Assembly: GCA_951406725.2 (NCBI GenBank)
Contig: OX597836.1
Location: 12,214,001-12,278,000, forward strand
Origin: Octopus vulgaris
Lineage: Eukaryota
DNA length: 64,000 bases
Direction: 5' to 3'
In this document: positions 29,885 to 44,120 of the stretch, in pieces
Numbering within the stretch: the stretch's first letter is position 1
How the letters are laid out: every line of letters begins with the position of its first letter
Program-made: the position numbers and the translations under genes
Notes under the pieces: generated by a model
What the model saw: only the letters and a program-made list of their open reading frames with translations
What the model was told of the DNA's origin: nothing
The model's database searches: none

Positions 29885-30562
29885 GAAAGACGAACTCTAC
29901 GATTTTGCTGATGTTGATTACTTCTTGCTCTTTCTCTCTCTCTTGAAACCACAATACGGATGGAATTTTATTCGTCATCAAAGACAACAACAAATACCAG
30001 CAATCAATGGAGATTTTTAGTTTTACTCTTATATTATGGATGGTTTTTTTTTCTCTAATGAAAATGAGCAACGATCAATTAAGTGATGATATATTGTGGA
30101 AATAGAAGAGAAATACAAAAATATTTAATGTTTCGGGGGAAGGATGTTCCATAAGTGAAAAAGGAGAATGAGTTATGTTTTATTTTCTGATCCTTGCCCC
30201 CTTTTAATGGACAATGGTAAGTTTTGAAGTTTTATACTATGCACTACGACAATATAGTAACCAAGGTATAATGACTGAAAACTATTGGTGATTATAATAG
30301 GTTTATTATGAATATTAAATATTCTTCTATAATTACTGCAGTTACCGGTGTATTTAAACATTTAAAAACATTTTTTTCTTGTATCCAAAAATCGCCCTGT
30401 GTGTCTGTGTTACAGATGGGTGACCTAATGTCATAGGCTAGAGAACCAGGTGAATGTAAGTCCTTTAGGTGTAAGAATTGTTACTAATAATAAAATATTG
30501 CAAACGAGCTAAATTATGAAAAATTGCTCATTGTACATTGGCAGTTATGTGGAGCTTAATTT

Positions 30563-31120
30563 ATAACCCGTTAGCAGTCTGATTACTCTGCCAATTATAA
30601 TGTTCGTTTATTCACATTATTATGAAGTTACGAGCAAAACGCCCCCTGTTCAATGGACGGTGCTGAGTTGTCAAACATTTAAACCAAATTTTCTCAAAAC
30701 AACTTGTCCGACCGTCCCATAGGCCTCCCCTTTGAGAAACACTGATTTAACCTAAATTTCAGACACCAGCAAAAGAAGAAATAAAGATAGACTTTTTTTC
30801 TATTCCAAGAAAACAATTTTACAAATGCACGTTCCCATGGCTTTATTGATCGCATTCTCACCTGGAATCGACTTTTGTAATTTTTTCAAGACTTATACAC
30901 GCCCTGATACCGTCGGTATCTACATATCAAATTTGAGCGCAATCGGTTGGAGGATGCCCAAGATCCTAGAAGACACACAGACAGACAGACAGACAGAACG
31001 TATTTTATATAATAGATCATGCATTATCTCATAGCTTCAAGATTTCAATGATGTGAATGTTTACTTTTAGAGTGACATTGTCGGGTAGGTGTGAGAGGCT
31101 AGAAATGGTCAGTTTAAATG
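30563..31120. mobile_element. MITE family 2 copy hosting the Helitron
   Basis: taacccgttagcagtctgattactctgcc ... gacattgtcgggtaggtgtgagaggctag matches family 2 on both sides of the insert. Confidence 0.65.
30631..31016 (-). mobile_element. Non-autonomous Helitron (386 bp)
   Basis: Minus strand starts TCTATTATATAAAA and ends CTCG (CTRR variant); inserted between host A(30630) and T(31017) without TSD; contains (ACAG)n microsatellite; removal restores continuity of the host MITE (gaagtta|tcatgcattatc). Confidence 0.8.
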
Positions 31121-31519
31121 CACTCCAGTTTGTATTGCCATATACTTGTTGAGCTATGTCAGTAATTTTTGGAATGAGGAATAATGCATTGGAACATTTA
31201 CCATTCTTTGATCATGAGAAGTTAGAGAAAATGTTCATTTGTCTTCCTATATATTTTCTGCTCTGGTCTTTGAAATACATCTTACTGTATTCTGACTCTT
31301 TTACACTCTGTTTTGGAACACGTCTTGAATATTTTGTTAATGTTTGGTCAACTCATCAAGTTATTAGAATTAACTGGGTTTTTTTTAACTTTCAACCCTT
31401 TTGATACTAACCCACCTGAGACTGACCCTAGTTTAGTAATACAAAAGTTTCCGCTTCTTAAAGGAAACTTTTGTTTGTATATATATATATATGTATATCT
31501 TTTGTAAATATAAATATAT

Positions 31520-31960
31520 ATATATATATATATCTACCTATCCATATATGTATATCAATATCTACATATCTATTCATCTATATACCTACTTATCTATCTA
31601 TCCATTTATTTATCTATTTACCCTACCTGTTTATCTATCTATCTGTTTATCTATATATCTGTCTATCGATCTATCTATCCCTCTATCTACCATCTATCCA
31701 TCTGTCCATCTACCTCTCTATCTATCTATCTATCTATTCTATCTATTCTATCTATCTGTCTATCAATCTATCTATCCCTCTATCTACCATCTATCCATCT
31801 GTCCATCTACCTCTCTATCTATCTATTCTATCTATTCTATCTATCTATCTGTCTATCTATCTATCTATCTATCCATTTATTTATCTACCTACCTGCCTAT
31901 CCATCTGTCCATCTACTCTCTATCTATCTATCTATCTATCTATCCATCTATCTATCTAGC
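31520..31960. repeat. (TATC)n degenerate tetranucleotide; similar tracts at 33560-34100 and (GATA)n at 46230-46770
   Basis: Direct reading. Confidence 0.9.
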
Positions 31961-32806
31961 TATAATGCTGCAGTATGACCACCGTCCTATAACACACAAT
32001 CATGTCTTGTGGCCATAATCTTTTCTTCAGTTCCTCATGGAATATGAAACGCCCATCCATAATTTTCCCTCTTCTTTGCTTCCAGCAATGTAGAGTTTTT
32101 TCTTTTGGTTTTTTTTTTTTTTTTTTTTGGCTTTTTTCTTCTTCTTGGTTTTGGTTTGGGATTCTTGTGAATTGGATAATGCCAGGAGGAGGAAATCTTT
32201 GCTCTGCTTCCTTCCTCTTTTCTTGTGTTCTTTGTTGCTGCTGGTTTCGACTCCCAATCACCGATTATTATTGTGTTTAGTGTACTCTCCATCGTGTAAA
32301 GAATTTTACATTCCTCTACTTTGGTCCTCGGTTCTTTCTGTGAATATAATTACGACACAGAAAAAGTGTACGCATGTGCACATGCACACACACACACACA
32401 CACACACACACTCTCTCTCTCTCACATGCTGACACACATTATCGAAATTCAATGAAAGCTTTTTTATCTATTCATCTCAAGTGTTCCAAGCACCCTAAAG
32501 TGCTATACATTTCCTCCTCCACCTCCGCTTCCTCCTCTTCCTTCCCCTCCTCCTACTACTACTACTACTATTGCTAATCTGCTGAAAACTTCAGTAGATC
32601 AAACTTCAGTTTTTCTTGACCAACACTAACTTTGTAGTTAACCAATGGACAACAGTACACTGCAGGTTATATAAACAATTATTCCATTCTGAGTTCAAAT
32701 CCTGCTGGTGTCCACTTTGCTTTTCATCCTTACAGGGTCAATTAAATGTGTACCAGTCAAGTACTGGGGTCAATGCAACTACTATTATTATTTTTATTAT
32801 TATTAT

Positions 32807-33364
32807 TGATTGAGAGAGCAGTACATGCCATCAAAGTGACACTGGGGTAAAATATACGAAGCCCAGTATACCCATCATGACTACCAGTCTGATAAGGGTA
32901 GACCAGGCACATGCATCACAACCATATGTGCGCGACATGGTGACCTCATATCAAGATTAACAGTGCATGACCTTGCAGGTGGGGCCCAGTTAGAATTTTC
33001 TTCTGGTCGAGTAGCCCTTCCCGCTCAAAAGGTCCCTGAATAAGGGTTGTTTAAGGATGTTGAAAGAACCACCCATGTTTCCAGAGGTGAACTATTCAAA
33101 CCCCAAAGAATCCCTCTCAACACATGGCTATGATGCTACCCCACTACTTCTGCTCGTGATCAGAGATGCACATATCGTCAGCCACTAAGGGACATGCTCA
33201 ACTGGTTAAGGTCAAACAACTGACAAGCAAATCTGTGGTATTGAGCAGAATATTTGTTGTAGACCATCTTTTATACCAAGACAAAACAATGTACATGATA
33301 ACACATCCAATCAGTTAAGATAAGAAGCCATGAGAACCACTGCCTGGTACTGCATGAGGGCATT
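32807..33364 (-). mobile_element. Unclassified retroposon embedded in (TAA)n
   Basis: Flanked by (TAT)n on both sides; a shorter copy sharing the same end lies at 62492-62659. Confidence 0.65.
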
Positions 33365-34691
33365 TATTATTATTATTACTATTATTTGCTGTTTCTTTGC
33401 CGTGTGTTGATGGTGTTTCTGTCACTAAGTTGTCATTTTGTATTAGATATGCTTCTTTACACACCTGAGTGGAATTCATCATTTTATTACACACATTAGC
33501 TGTCTGTCTCTTTTTACCTACTTACCTATTTCTTCATTTTATCTTGTTATTTATATCTGTCTGTTTGTCTATCTACCAATCTATCAGTCCCTCGCTATCT
33601 ATCCATCTCTCTTGCTATCTTTCTCTGGTTGTTTGCCTGTCTGTCTATCTATATATCTATCTGTCCATCTATTTATATGTATGTCTAATATTCAACTAGC
33701 TATATCTCTTTGTCCATCTATCTATGTATTTTTCAACTATCTATCTATCTATACCAGTCAGCTTATCTATCTGTCTATATTTATTAATCAGTCAATCTAT
33801 CTATATGTATCTATCTATATGTATCTATCTATCCATCTATCTATCTATTTATCTATATATATATATATGTCTTTCTATCTACCTATTTATCTATATCTTT
33901 CTATCTATGTATGTCTATCTATCTATCCATCCATCCATCATCTATCTATCTATCTATCTATCCATCTATCTATCTATCCACTACCTACCTGTCTATCTAT
34001 CTATCTATCTATCTATCCATCACCTACCTACCTACCTATCTATCTATCTATCCATCACCTATCTATCTATCTATCTATCTATCTGTCTGTGTTTATCTGT
34101 CTGTCTACCTTCTTCCCTCCATTCCTTCCTTCCTTTCTTCCATCTTTATTTCTTCCTTCCTTCCTTGCCGCCACTGCCTACTCAAATGGTCTCCATCCAT
34201 ACCCTGTCTGCGATATTCACTATTCACAGATCACTGACGAAACGGCAATATGCTTCATGCTGAAAACGTTTCATGTCATTTCTGATCCTAATGTAGATAC
34301 GAAACGCTCGTTCGTTCCTTCGTTCCACGACAGAAGCAAGCATTCCGAACGCACTCACTGCATTCCTCTCCGTCTGTCTGCGACTCTTAACACACTTTTA
34401 GGTGTGTGGACATGACACATTTCGCCAACACACATAAAAGCCGATCTAATCAAAGATACTTAGATAAATGTCGAAACTGTCCTATCAATTTAAAAACACC
34501 TTTTCAAAATTTTTAAATTCTGTCCATTAGATGTTCTGCAAAGTTGCTTCAAGAGCTTTTAAGCTGCAGCTAATTATTTTTATTCCTCGCTTCCTCCCGC
34601 TCTTCATCGTAAGGTGCATCTCTCGTAGATTTTACTGCTTCTGTGTGCATGGGTGTGTACACACACATATATATATATATATATCTATATA

Positions 34692-34730
<39 letters not shown>

Positions 34731-34731
34731 G

Positions 34732-34779
<48 letters not shown>

Positions 34780-34784
34780 GTGTG

Positions 34785-34818
<34 letters not shown>

Positions 34819-34819
34819 T

Positions 34820-34856
<37 letters not shown>

Positions 34857-34893
34857 GTGTGTTATATATATATATATATTATATATATATATA

Positions 34894-34943
<50 letters not shown>

Positions 34944-35079
34944 CACACACACACATACATACACACACATGCATGTATCTATGTGTGTAAATATATATGT
35001 ATGAGAGAGAGAGAGAGAAAGAGACATACACACGCGCATACTTGTGTGTTTGTGTTTGTATGTAAGTGTACATATTACC

Positions 35080-35110
<31 letters not shown>

Positions 35111-35329
35111 TACACACACACACACATATATATACATATATATGCACTTGTATGTATGTAAGTGCATACATGTATGCATATATATATATATGTATGTATG
35201 TGTGTGTGTGTGCATATATATATATATATATATTATAGTTTATATATTTTATATACATGTGCTTATAAATTTATATGCATATATACAAATGCCTGTGTTT
35301 ATATATACATAGAAGCACACATATATATG

Positions 35330-35386
<57 letters not shown>

Positions 35387-35936
35387 AAGCTAGTGAGGGC
35401 AATAGTGATAATGTCTTGATTTCTTGAACTAGTAAAGTTTTATCTCTTGTTTTTCCTTCTCCTACTCTTTCTACTCTTTCTCACTGCTGTTTTATAGTCT
35501 TTGTTGTTGATGTTGTATCCTTGTCCAGTCAGTGTCTCTTCTTAGTACTTCTGAGAATTACTGTGTGGTTGAGCATCAGACTCTTGTGACGTTTTAAAAC
35601 TTTTCGTGCTTGCAGCTATTACAAAGAATTATGTAATACTGCATTTAACCATTTACCATTTACTGTAGCACCATTTACCATTGCCCACTAATTGTAACTA
35701 CCATATTTACCATTTATTATGGTACCACAATCTGCCACATCATAGTTCTGTACATTGTACATGTAGCTTCATTTATTGCTTATTTAGTTATTGCTGATCC
35801 AGGATAACATGGGATGGTCAGTTGTGAAGCAGATTATGCTTGTCACAGATTGATCTCTGATGACACAGGTCAGCAATCAATCACAGATTTTGCTTGGATT
35901 GCAAGAACACACACTTTTGACCACCTGTGATATTCA

Positions 35937-36348
35937 TATCTCTTTACTAGCCACAAGGTGCTAAACACAGAGGGGACAAACAAGGACAGACAAATGGATT
36001 AAGTTTATCACATCGACCTCAGTGCGTAACTGGTACTTAATTTATCGACCTCGAAAGGATGAAAGGCAAAGTCAACCTCGGCAGAATTTGAAATCAGAAT
36101 GTAAAGACCTATTTCTTTACTACCCACAAGGGGCTATACACAGAGGGGACAAACAAGGACAGACAAACAAATTAAGTTGATTACATCGACCCTAGTAATT
36201 AATTTATCGACTAGTACTTAATTTATCGACCCTGAAAGGATGAAAGGCAAAGTCAACCTCGGCGGAATTTGAACTCAGAACGTAGCGGCAGACGAAATAC
36301 CGCTAAGCATTTCGCCCAGTGTGCTAACGTTTCTGCCAGTTCGCCTTC
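35937..36348 (-). mobile_element. SINE family B with duplicated body
   Basis: Same dimeric layout as 12183-12600. Confidence 0.85.
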
Positions 36349-37254
36349 CATAGTGGTACTCGCTCATGGTACCACAAGATGGGAACTGAACCTAAAACCT
36401 TTGTGGTCAGAAAGCAAACTTCTTAGCAGACAGCTGCCACTTGTAGAATTCTTTTGAATGGCCATTATGTAAAGAAGACAGATCAGTGGACACTTATGGA
36501 ATGGAATATAATGGCTTCTGTACACAGACAATTCTGGGAACTTAAAGAATTTGGCATTGTGAACGACTGATATCAGTGGTGCCATATGTGTGGATCATAA
36601 CGACGACTGCGACAGCAACTGCAACAGCGGGACAAAAAACGGATATATTAGGGGTGGAAGGAAGAAGTATTCTTCAGTTTGTTTTCATGTTTGTTTGTTT
36701 TTTTATTGTTTCTTGTTTATTTGTTTATTGTTGTCACATGCCAGTATTCACCCACCCCCCGCCAGTCCCCTCTCTCTCTCTCTGCCGCTTCACTTAAGGA
36801 ATCCTTTGAAGATAGTCAAAACCCCGTCTGTTTTTCCTCCACTCCAGCCCCTGGCAACAGTCTGGGAGAGTCTTTTGTCTTGCAAAAATGGAAGGAAATA
36901 TAAAAAGGAAAATATCTATCTTAAGTGATTATTTGTTGATTAATAAATGTCCAAAGGAGCTGGCACGAGGTGGGGTGGGGGTTGGGCAGGGGGGTGCTTT
37001 GTTCTTTGGTCTCTTTGTTCCACTCCTTTTTTTTTTCGTTTTTTGGTTTTTGTATCTTCATTCTCTTACTGTATTTGATAAAAAAAAAATTATCCCCTGT
37101 CGCGGGGAGGGGGGGCGCAGATGATAGAATTTTTCCCTTTTGTTTTGTTTTTCTTTTGTTTTTTCTTTTCTTTTCTTTTCTCTCCACATCACCATCCAGC
37201 ATCCATTCTCTGTGTCCCTGTTCCTGTGTCACTAAAAATAAAGTGGTTGGTTTT

Positions 37255-37285
<31 letters not shown>

Positions 37286-37420
37286 AACATATGAATATAT
37301 GTATATATATATGTGTGTGTGTGTGTGTATGTATATATGTATATATGCATATATATATATATGTATGTATATATATATGTATGTATGTATATATGTATAT
37401 ATATATGTATATATGTATGT

Positions 37421-37462
<42 letters not shown>

Positions 37463-37545
37463 GCTTATGTATATATATGTATATATGCTTATGTATATAT
37501 ATGTATATATATGTACATATGCTTATGTATATATATATATATATG

Positions 37546-37595
<50 letters not shown>

Positions 37596-38313
37596 AGAAA
37601 GGAAAAGAATAAAATGCTCAACTTGGTTGGTAGTGGGATGCAACTAGAAAACAAAAAAAAAAACACAGAGAATAAGGAAAACAGAAAATAAAAAAATAAA
37701 AAATTGGTAGGACTGAATTGCAGAGAAGAAGAATAAAAAAGAAGACACAACACACAAAAAAAAAACACAAAACAAAAATACAACAAAAAAAAGAAAACCC
37801 GGAAACAAAAAGCATCCAAACTGTGTGATGGTGCTTAAGAGGGTGAAGAGGGACTTAGAGGGATATGGATTGTATAAAACCAGGCATTTATTAGTGATTA
37901 ATAGCTTAAAAGGCAGTTCAAGATGTTCGGTTTGGAAGCGAGTAGAAATAAATGCTTTTGGAATTGGTTTCTTCCATCTGAGTAAAGAGTCTTCTGCATA
38001 CATAATATATATACATTACATATATACACTCACACATGCACATGCATAAATCTATACATATATATATATAATGTATTTATACACACATACACACACACAT
38101 ATATAAATCTATACATATATATATATATATATAAATTCACACATTATATAATATGCATACACATACACACATATATACATATACATATATATATATATAC
38201 ACACACATTGTGTATACATACATAGACATGCATATATATCTGACATATGCGCATAATATATATTCATCTGTGTGTAATATATACATATATATATATATAC
38301 ATTCAAACATATA

Positions 38314-38348
<35 letters not shown>

Positions 38349-38379
38349 TCATATATATATATATACATTCAAACATATA

Positions 38380-38434
<55 letters not shown>

Positions 38435-38440
38435 CATATA

Positions 38441-38483
<43 letters not shown>

Positions 38484-38494
38484 TCATACATATA

Positions 38495-38529
<35 letters not shown>

Positions 38530-38568
38530 ATGATGATGATGATATATATATATACATTCATACATATA

Positions 38569-38602
<34 letters not shown>

Positions 38603-38662
38603 ACATGTATAATATATACATATATAAGGGACATTAAATGATGATGAAAAGATATATATGTG

Positions 38663-38695
<33 letters not shown>

Positions 38696-39336
38696 GCATA
38701 CCTAATATATATACGTATCTGAAAGCAACATGTAAATAATTCCTAGATATCAAGTCTAACCGTTTATCTTCAGAAGCATGGAAGAGTCTTTAGAATTATG
38801 GATATCATGGAGTACTGATTGACTTATCTAAGCACTATTCAATGAAGTATAACACATGAATGCGGCAACAACAGCAGTGGTGTTGTTGTTGGTGGTGGTG
38901 GTGGTGGTAGTGGTGGCAGTGATGCAAGTCTGCCTTGCTGGCTGGCTGGCTGGCTGGCTGGTTGACCGGCAAGGCTGCCAGAAGATGCTGGAAGATTTAT
39001 GCGTTCTTATGAATGTCTTAATGTTTGGTGTTGCCTCCTTCGTCTTCCTTTTTCTTTCATCTTTCACTTGTTTCACTCATTAGACTGTGGCCAAGCTGGG
39101 GCACTGCGTTGAAGAATTTTCAGTCAAATGTATCGGTCCTTGTTACTCGTTCTGACGGTCTCTTTTGCTGAACCACTACGTCACAGGGATGTAAAACACC
39201 AACACCAGCACGGGTTGCCAAGCAGTGGGTGAGACACAAATGGCATAAACACACACATAGATATATCTTCTGTACAATTTATGTCTCCATATAATGAGCC
39301 TTTCTTCCTTTTGTGTACAAACTTTATTGAGCAAGA

Positions 39337-39577
39337 CACTATTTTCACGTTGCTCTGGTTCACTCAGCTGTAGAAATGAGTTGTGATGTCACTGGTGCCA
39401 AGCTGTATCGGCCTTTGTCCTTTCCCTTGGACAACATCAGTGGCTTGGAGAGGAGAGGTTAGTTTGCATGGGCGGCTGCTGGTCTTCCACAAACAACCTT
39501 GCCCGAACTTGTGTCTTGGAGAGGAACATGCTAGGTACAATCCCATGGTCAGTCATGACTGAAGGGGGTCTTTGCCC
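39337..39577 (+). mobile_element. SINE-like repeat, family D fragment
   Basis: cactcagctgtagaaatgag core; 3' part (ctaggtacaatcccatggtcagtcatgactgaagggggtcttt) also present at ~25320-25370. Confidence 0.55.
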
Positions 39578-39774
39578 ATATTGTAGAATAGGTGTCAGGG
39601 GCTGGAACTGGCCTCTTTGAAGATAAAATAGAATATTTTGGCTGAATGCTAAAGGGTTAAAAAATTCGCCTCTGAGCCCTAGAGTTTTGGTTTAGCACCT
39701 GTTGAACCAGGCCCTAGTTGGTGGACTCTGTCTTTCTTTCATATTCCTTCACAAGGCATTTGTCAGCCTGGGAT

Positions 39775-39990
39775 TCATCATCATCATTTAACGTCTGCTT
39801 TCCATGCTGGCATGGGTTGGATGGTTTGACTGAGGTCTGGGAAGCCAGGAGGTTGCACCAGGCTCCACTCTGATCTGGCAAGGTTTCTACAGCTGGATGC
39901 CCTTCCTCACACCAACCACTCCGTGAGTGTAGTGGGTGCGGTTTTTGGTGTCACCAGCACGGGGGGGGGGACAGCCAGGTGGCACTGGAT
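39775..39990 (-). mobile_element. RTE LINE 3' fragment
   Basis: catcatcatcatttaacgtctgctttccatgctggcatggg... Confidence 0.8.
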
Positions 39991-40646
39991 TATTAATGGA
40001 GGACGTTTACACCAGGTGTCAACCAGTGTGACTGATTGTCGCAAAGAAGCATTTTAACCATTAGTAGCCATGCTTGTGTCTACATATCTAGGTTCTATGT
40101 GATATCTGTGCGTGCAAACAACAAGGTGGTAGCATTCTTCAAACAAATCCACTTGTAATATTTGTTCCACCACAAGTTACAAACACTCCTTTATCACTCT
40201 CAGCCCATTGAAGATCTGTGCTATTAATTCACAGAAAACCTTGAGACTGGGAACTGGCAAATTGAGAGAAAAAAATGGTTTGTTTTCTTAGTTTTTTTTC
40301 CTTTTTTCTTTTTGATACTTCCCAAACCACTTAAACCAAGGTTTTCCTGGCTGCTTAACATAAACATGCTCTTAGACTTCCAGATCCTCTTACAGAAGAA
40401 ATATCATTAACTTCTATAGCTTCAGTATCAGAGAATCTCAAATTCTCCTTCTAAAAATATATCAAGCTGTTTCTCTTTCTCTCTCTCTCTTTCCCTCTGT
40501 GCTTACTGTAGTTGTAAGAGCTTTTTAGCTCTTATTTCTAGCAATGTAGGTGCTACCCAGCACAGTCATTGACAGTTAGTGACATTTGAATTTTTCCTTT
40601 TCCATTTTATATTCTGTATAGCCGCCTTCATTATTTCATATATATA

Positions 40647-40962
40647 AAACGATAAACGTCGCCCTTTTCAAGCCTAGCCAGGCTCATGGGCCCGGTTTCC
40701 TGGTTTCTGTGGCGAATGTGTTCCCCCAAGCTGGACGAGACGCCAGTCCATCACAGCGTTACCCAAGAAACAGGAAGAGAGAGTGAGAGAAAGTTGGGGC
40801 GAAAGAGTACAACAGGGGTTGCCACCATCCCCTGCCGGAGCCTCATGGAGCTTTTAGGTGTTTTCGCTCAATAAACACACACAACGACCAGTCTGGGAAT
40901 CAAAACTGCGATTCTCCAACCACGAGTCCACTGCCCTAACCACTAGGCCATTGCACCTCCAC
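40647..40962 (-). mobile_element. SINE family C, tail type 2, 14-bp TSD
   Basis: Same head on minus strand; atttcatatatata at 40633-40646 and 40963-40976. Confidence 0.85.
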
Positions 40963-41171
40963 ATTTCATATATATATATATTTCTTAAACAAGCATGTTA
41001 TAGACAGTGACTTCAAAGTTTTGGCCATCTAAGCTTTATTTAATATTCTTGTATAAGAATGACATATTTGTATTCTACAAGAGTATAGAGTAACCCACCA
41101 ATTAATGTAAAATAGATTTGATCAAAACTTAACACAAAAGCAAACATTTCTGTGTGTGTGTGTGTGTGTAA

Positions 41172-41487
41172 ATCGTCATTATCATCGTTTAACGTCTGTT
41201 TTCCATGCTAGCATGGGTTGGACGGTCCAACCGGGGTCTGGGAAGCCAAGAGGCTGCACCGGGTTCCACTCTGATCTGGCAGAGTTTCTACACCTGGATG
41301 CCCTTCCTAACGCCAACCACTCCGTGAGTGTAGTGGGTGCTTTTTACATGCCACCAGCACAGGGGCCAGAGGAGGCTGGCAAACAGCCACAATTGGTTGG
41401 TGCTTTTTACATGTCACCGACACAGACACCAGTCAGTCAGCGCTGGCATCAGCCACGTTCGGATGGTGCGTTTTACGTGCCACCGGT
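41172..41487 (-). mobile_element. RTE LINE 3' fragment
   Basis: catcgtttaacgtctgttttccatgctagcatggg... Confidence 0.8.
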
Positions 41488-42744
41488 AATATAGATAGAT
41501 ATAGATATATACATATATATATAAAAGTACACATACACAAGGGGCTTCCTTTAGTTTGCATCTACCAAATCACTGACAAGACTCTGGTTAGCCTAGGGCT
41601 ATAGTAGAAGACACTCGCTCAAGGTGCCATGCTACTATGCTGTGGGATTTTGAGGGAGATTTGTTAAGTTTGCTATTTCTAGCATGTTAGGTGACAACAC
41701 AGGTGATGTCTCTTTAGCTCGTGATGTTATATGAGATTTGGTATTGGATCTCCAGCGGCGTCACTTTGTTACCATCTTACACATGTCGTCCACCATTTCT
41801 ATAATCTATCCTTTTTTCCCCCTCTCAGACTCCTGCCACAGTCTGATGACAAAGATCTTTTCAAGGAACAACACCGAAACAAAAGCACAGCTTAGCTTCC
41901 TTCGTTTTACTGTTTACTCAATGTGTCTATGGCAAAATACTGTCTTTGTAGTAAATCTCGTTCTCAAGCTGTGCATAGAAATAACGGCATTCTTAATCTG
42001 TCTCCTTCTCCTGCGAGCACAGACTCCTCTCCATGTTCATTCATTCGTCTCGGTTCTTCTCGTTAGCATTAACACTGCGAAACCGCAGTAACTGGCGTAC
42101 TTTCGAAACATATTAAACCAACGTCTCCAAATTGCCTTTCGGAAAAGGCAATTTGTATTAGTTCTTAATAAAGCAACTCGGTGAACTTTCAGTAAGTACC
42201 ATTAAATTTAATTACTTAACTCATCGTCTCCAGATGAGAATCTAATATCTTATTTTTTAAATAATGTATATACCGATAACCGCTAATCTTGTAAACCATA
42301 CTGCAACCAATTTAGTAACTTTCCAGAACTGAGTGGCACCGACTGACTAGTATCTTTAGTTTTCTAATTGTGTTATCATATCAGCCAAGTAGATTGCCAA
42401 ACTGTGTTCTTGTAAGATTTCTGGGAGGTTTCTATCTTTCCTGACAATGTGAAGTCTGAAGATTCTTTATCCGTTTACCGATATTTTGGAAAGTTGTGGA
42501 ATCACAAACCGTTTGATAGTTAGTCGGTCACCGGATCAAACCAAGGAAACTGAGGTCTCCAGTGTTTTTGCAAAGTGCCGATAATATCTTGACCGTTGCA
42601 TTCCTGATAGAAATCTCTCTCTTTTCCTGGTGATGCTAGGTATAGTGATTAGGCTGTGTGGTAAGAAGGTTTCTTCCCAACCACATGGTTCCAGGTTCAG
42701 TCCCACTGATAGAATAATAGGATGGATGGTTAGATGGATTAATT

Positions 42745-43046
42745 TGATGACTGGCATCCGTGCTAGCAGGGTGCAAAGAGCACATAAAAGGCACCATTCG
42801 AGTGTGATCGTTACCAGCGTCGCCTTACTGGCACTTGTGCCCCATGCTAGTAGGGTGCAAAGAGCACCATACAAGTGTGATCGTTGACAGAGCAGCTAAC
42901 CAGCTTCCGTGCCAGTGGCACATAAAAGGCACCATTTGAGCGTGATTGTTACCAGCGTCACCTTACTGGCACTTGTGCACCGTTCTAGTAGGATGCTAAG
43001 AGCACCATCCGAGTGTGATCATTGCCAGAGCAGCTAACTGGCTTCC
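42745..43046 (+). mobile_element. RTE 3' UTR internal tandem module; inverse copy at ~52350-52695
   Basis: Repeated caccattcgagtgtgatcgttaccagcgtcgccttactggcac units, as in 7090-7260. Confidence 0.7.
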
Positions 43047-43981
43047 TCCTCCTTTTGTGATGCATTCCTATATTTACTTACATTCTCTCCAAACCAGTGC
43101 CCACACCTCCATCCATGACCACCACTCACTCCTTTACTTCTGTCTTCTTCTCAAATGTTTGTCACTCTCCTTTCACACCCTGGCAAACAACCCTATGTAT
43201 GTATGTATGTATCTTTCTGTCTGTGTTTGTCCCCACCGCTATCGCTTGACAACCGATGGTGGGGGTGTGCTTGCACGTCCTCGTTAACTTAGCGGGGACA
43301 GCAGAATGAGATCAATAGAATAAGTACTAGGCTTACAAAGAATAAGTCCTGGGGTCGATTTCTTTGACTAAACTCCAGTATGGCCACAGCCAAATGACTG
43401 AAAGCAGTAAAAGAATAAAAGAATAAAATAATAAACATGTTATTGTTTGTGTGTTTTTAAGAGGTTCCAATCAGCCAAGTTGCCAGAAAGCAAAACAATT
43501 CCTTCATCCATGAATGTCAACAGATTTGTGGTTGTCATGGCGTTTGGATCCAGTTTCAGAACTGGTTCCATTATTCTTAATTCCGCTTATTTAGTTATTT
43601 ATTTATGTTATTCTTTGTGAAATTATTTCTTCTCATTTGTCTCTGGCGGTGACACTATTATTTATATATATCATGTTGTCAACCAGTTTCTGGCTAAGTG
43701 GAAATTTAAGTTCCAAAACAAAAGAACCAATTTCGAAAGGGATTTTTTTTTTTTTGTTTTGTTTGGTTTTGTTTTGTAGGGTTTTTTTTTTTTATTTTCA
43801 GTGTTTTATTTTTATATATTTATTCTGTTTTTTTTTTTTTTTTTTGTTACCGTTGAACAACAGAATTACATCAAAGAAAATGTCACTTTTTTCTTTTCTC
43901 TCTCTCTCTCTCCCCAACATGGAAAGGATAAAGAGGAAAAAATAGCGAACACAAAATGTAAAAATAAATGCAATAGAAAAA

Positions 43982-44036
<55 letters not shown>

Positions 44037-44084
44037 CATATACATACATACATACATACATACATACATACATACATACATACA

Positions 44085-44120
<36 letters not shown>

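Noticed and set aside
34224-34275. CTGACGA...GAAA, and also CTGATGA hits at ~41843, ~49094 and ~51090 (-)
   Set aside because: The intervening sequence does not form stem II closing on GAAA, and there is no stem I/III; chance matches.
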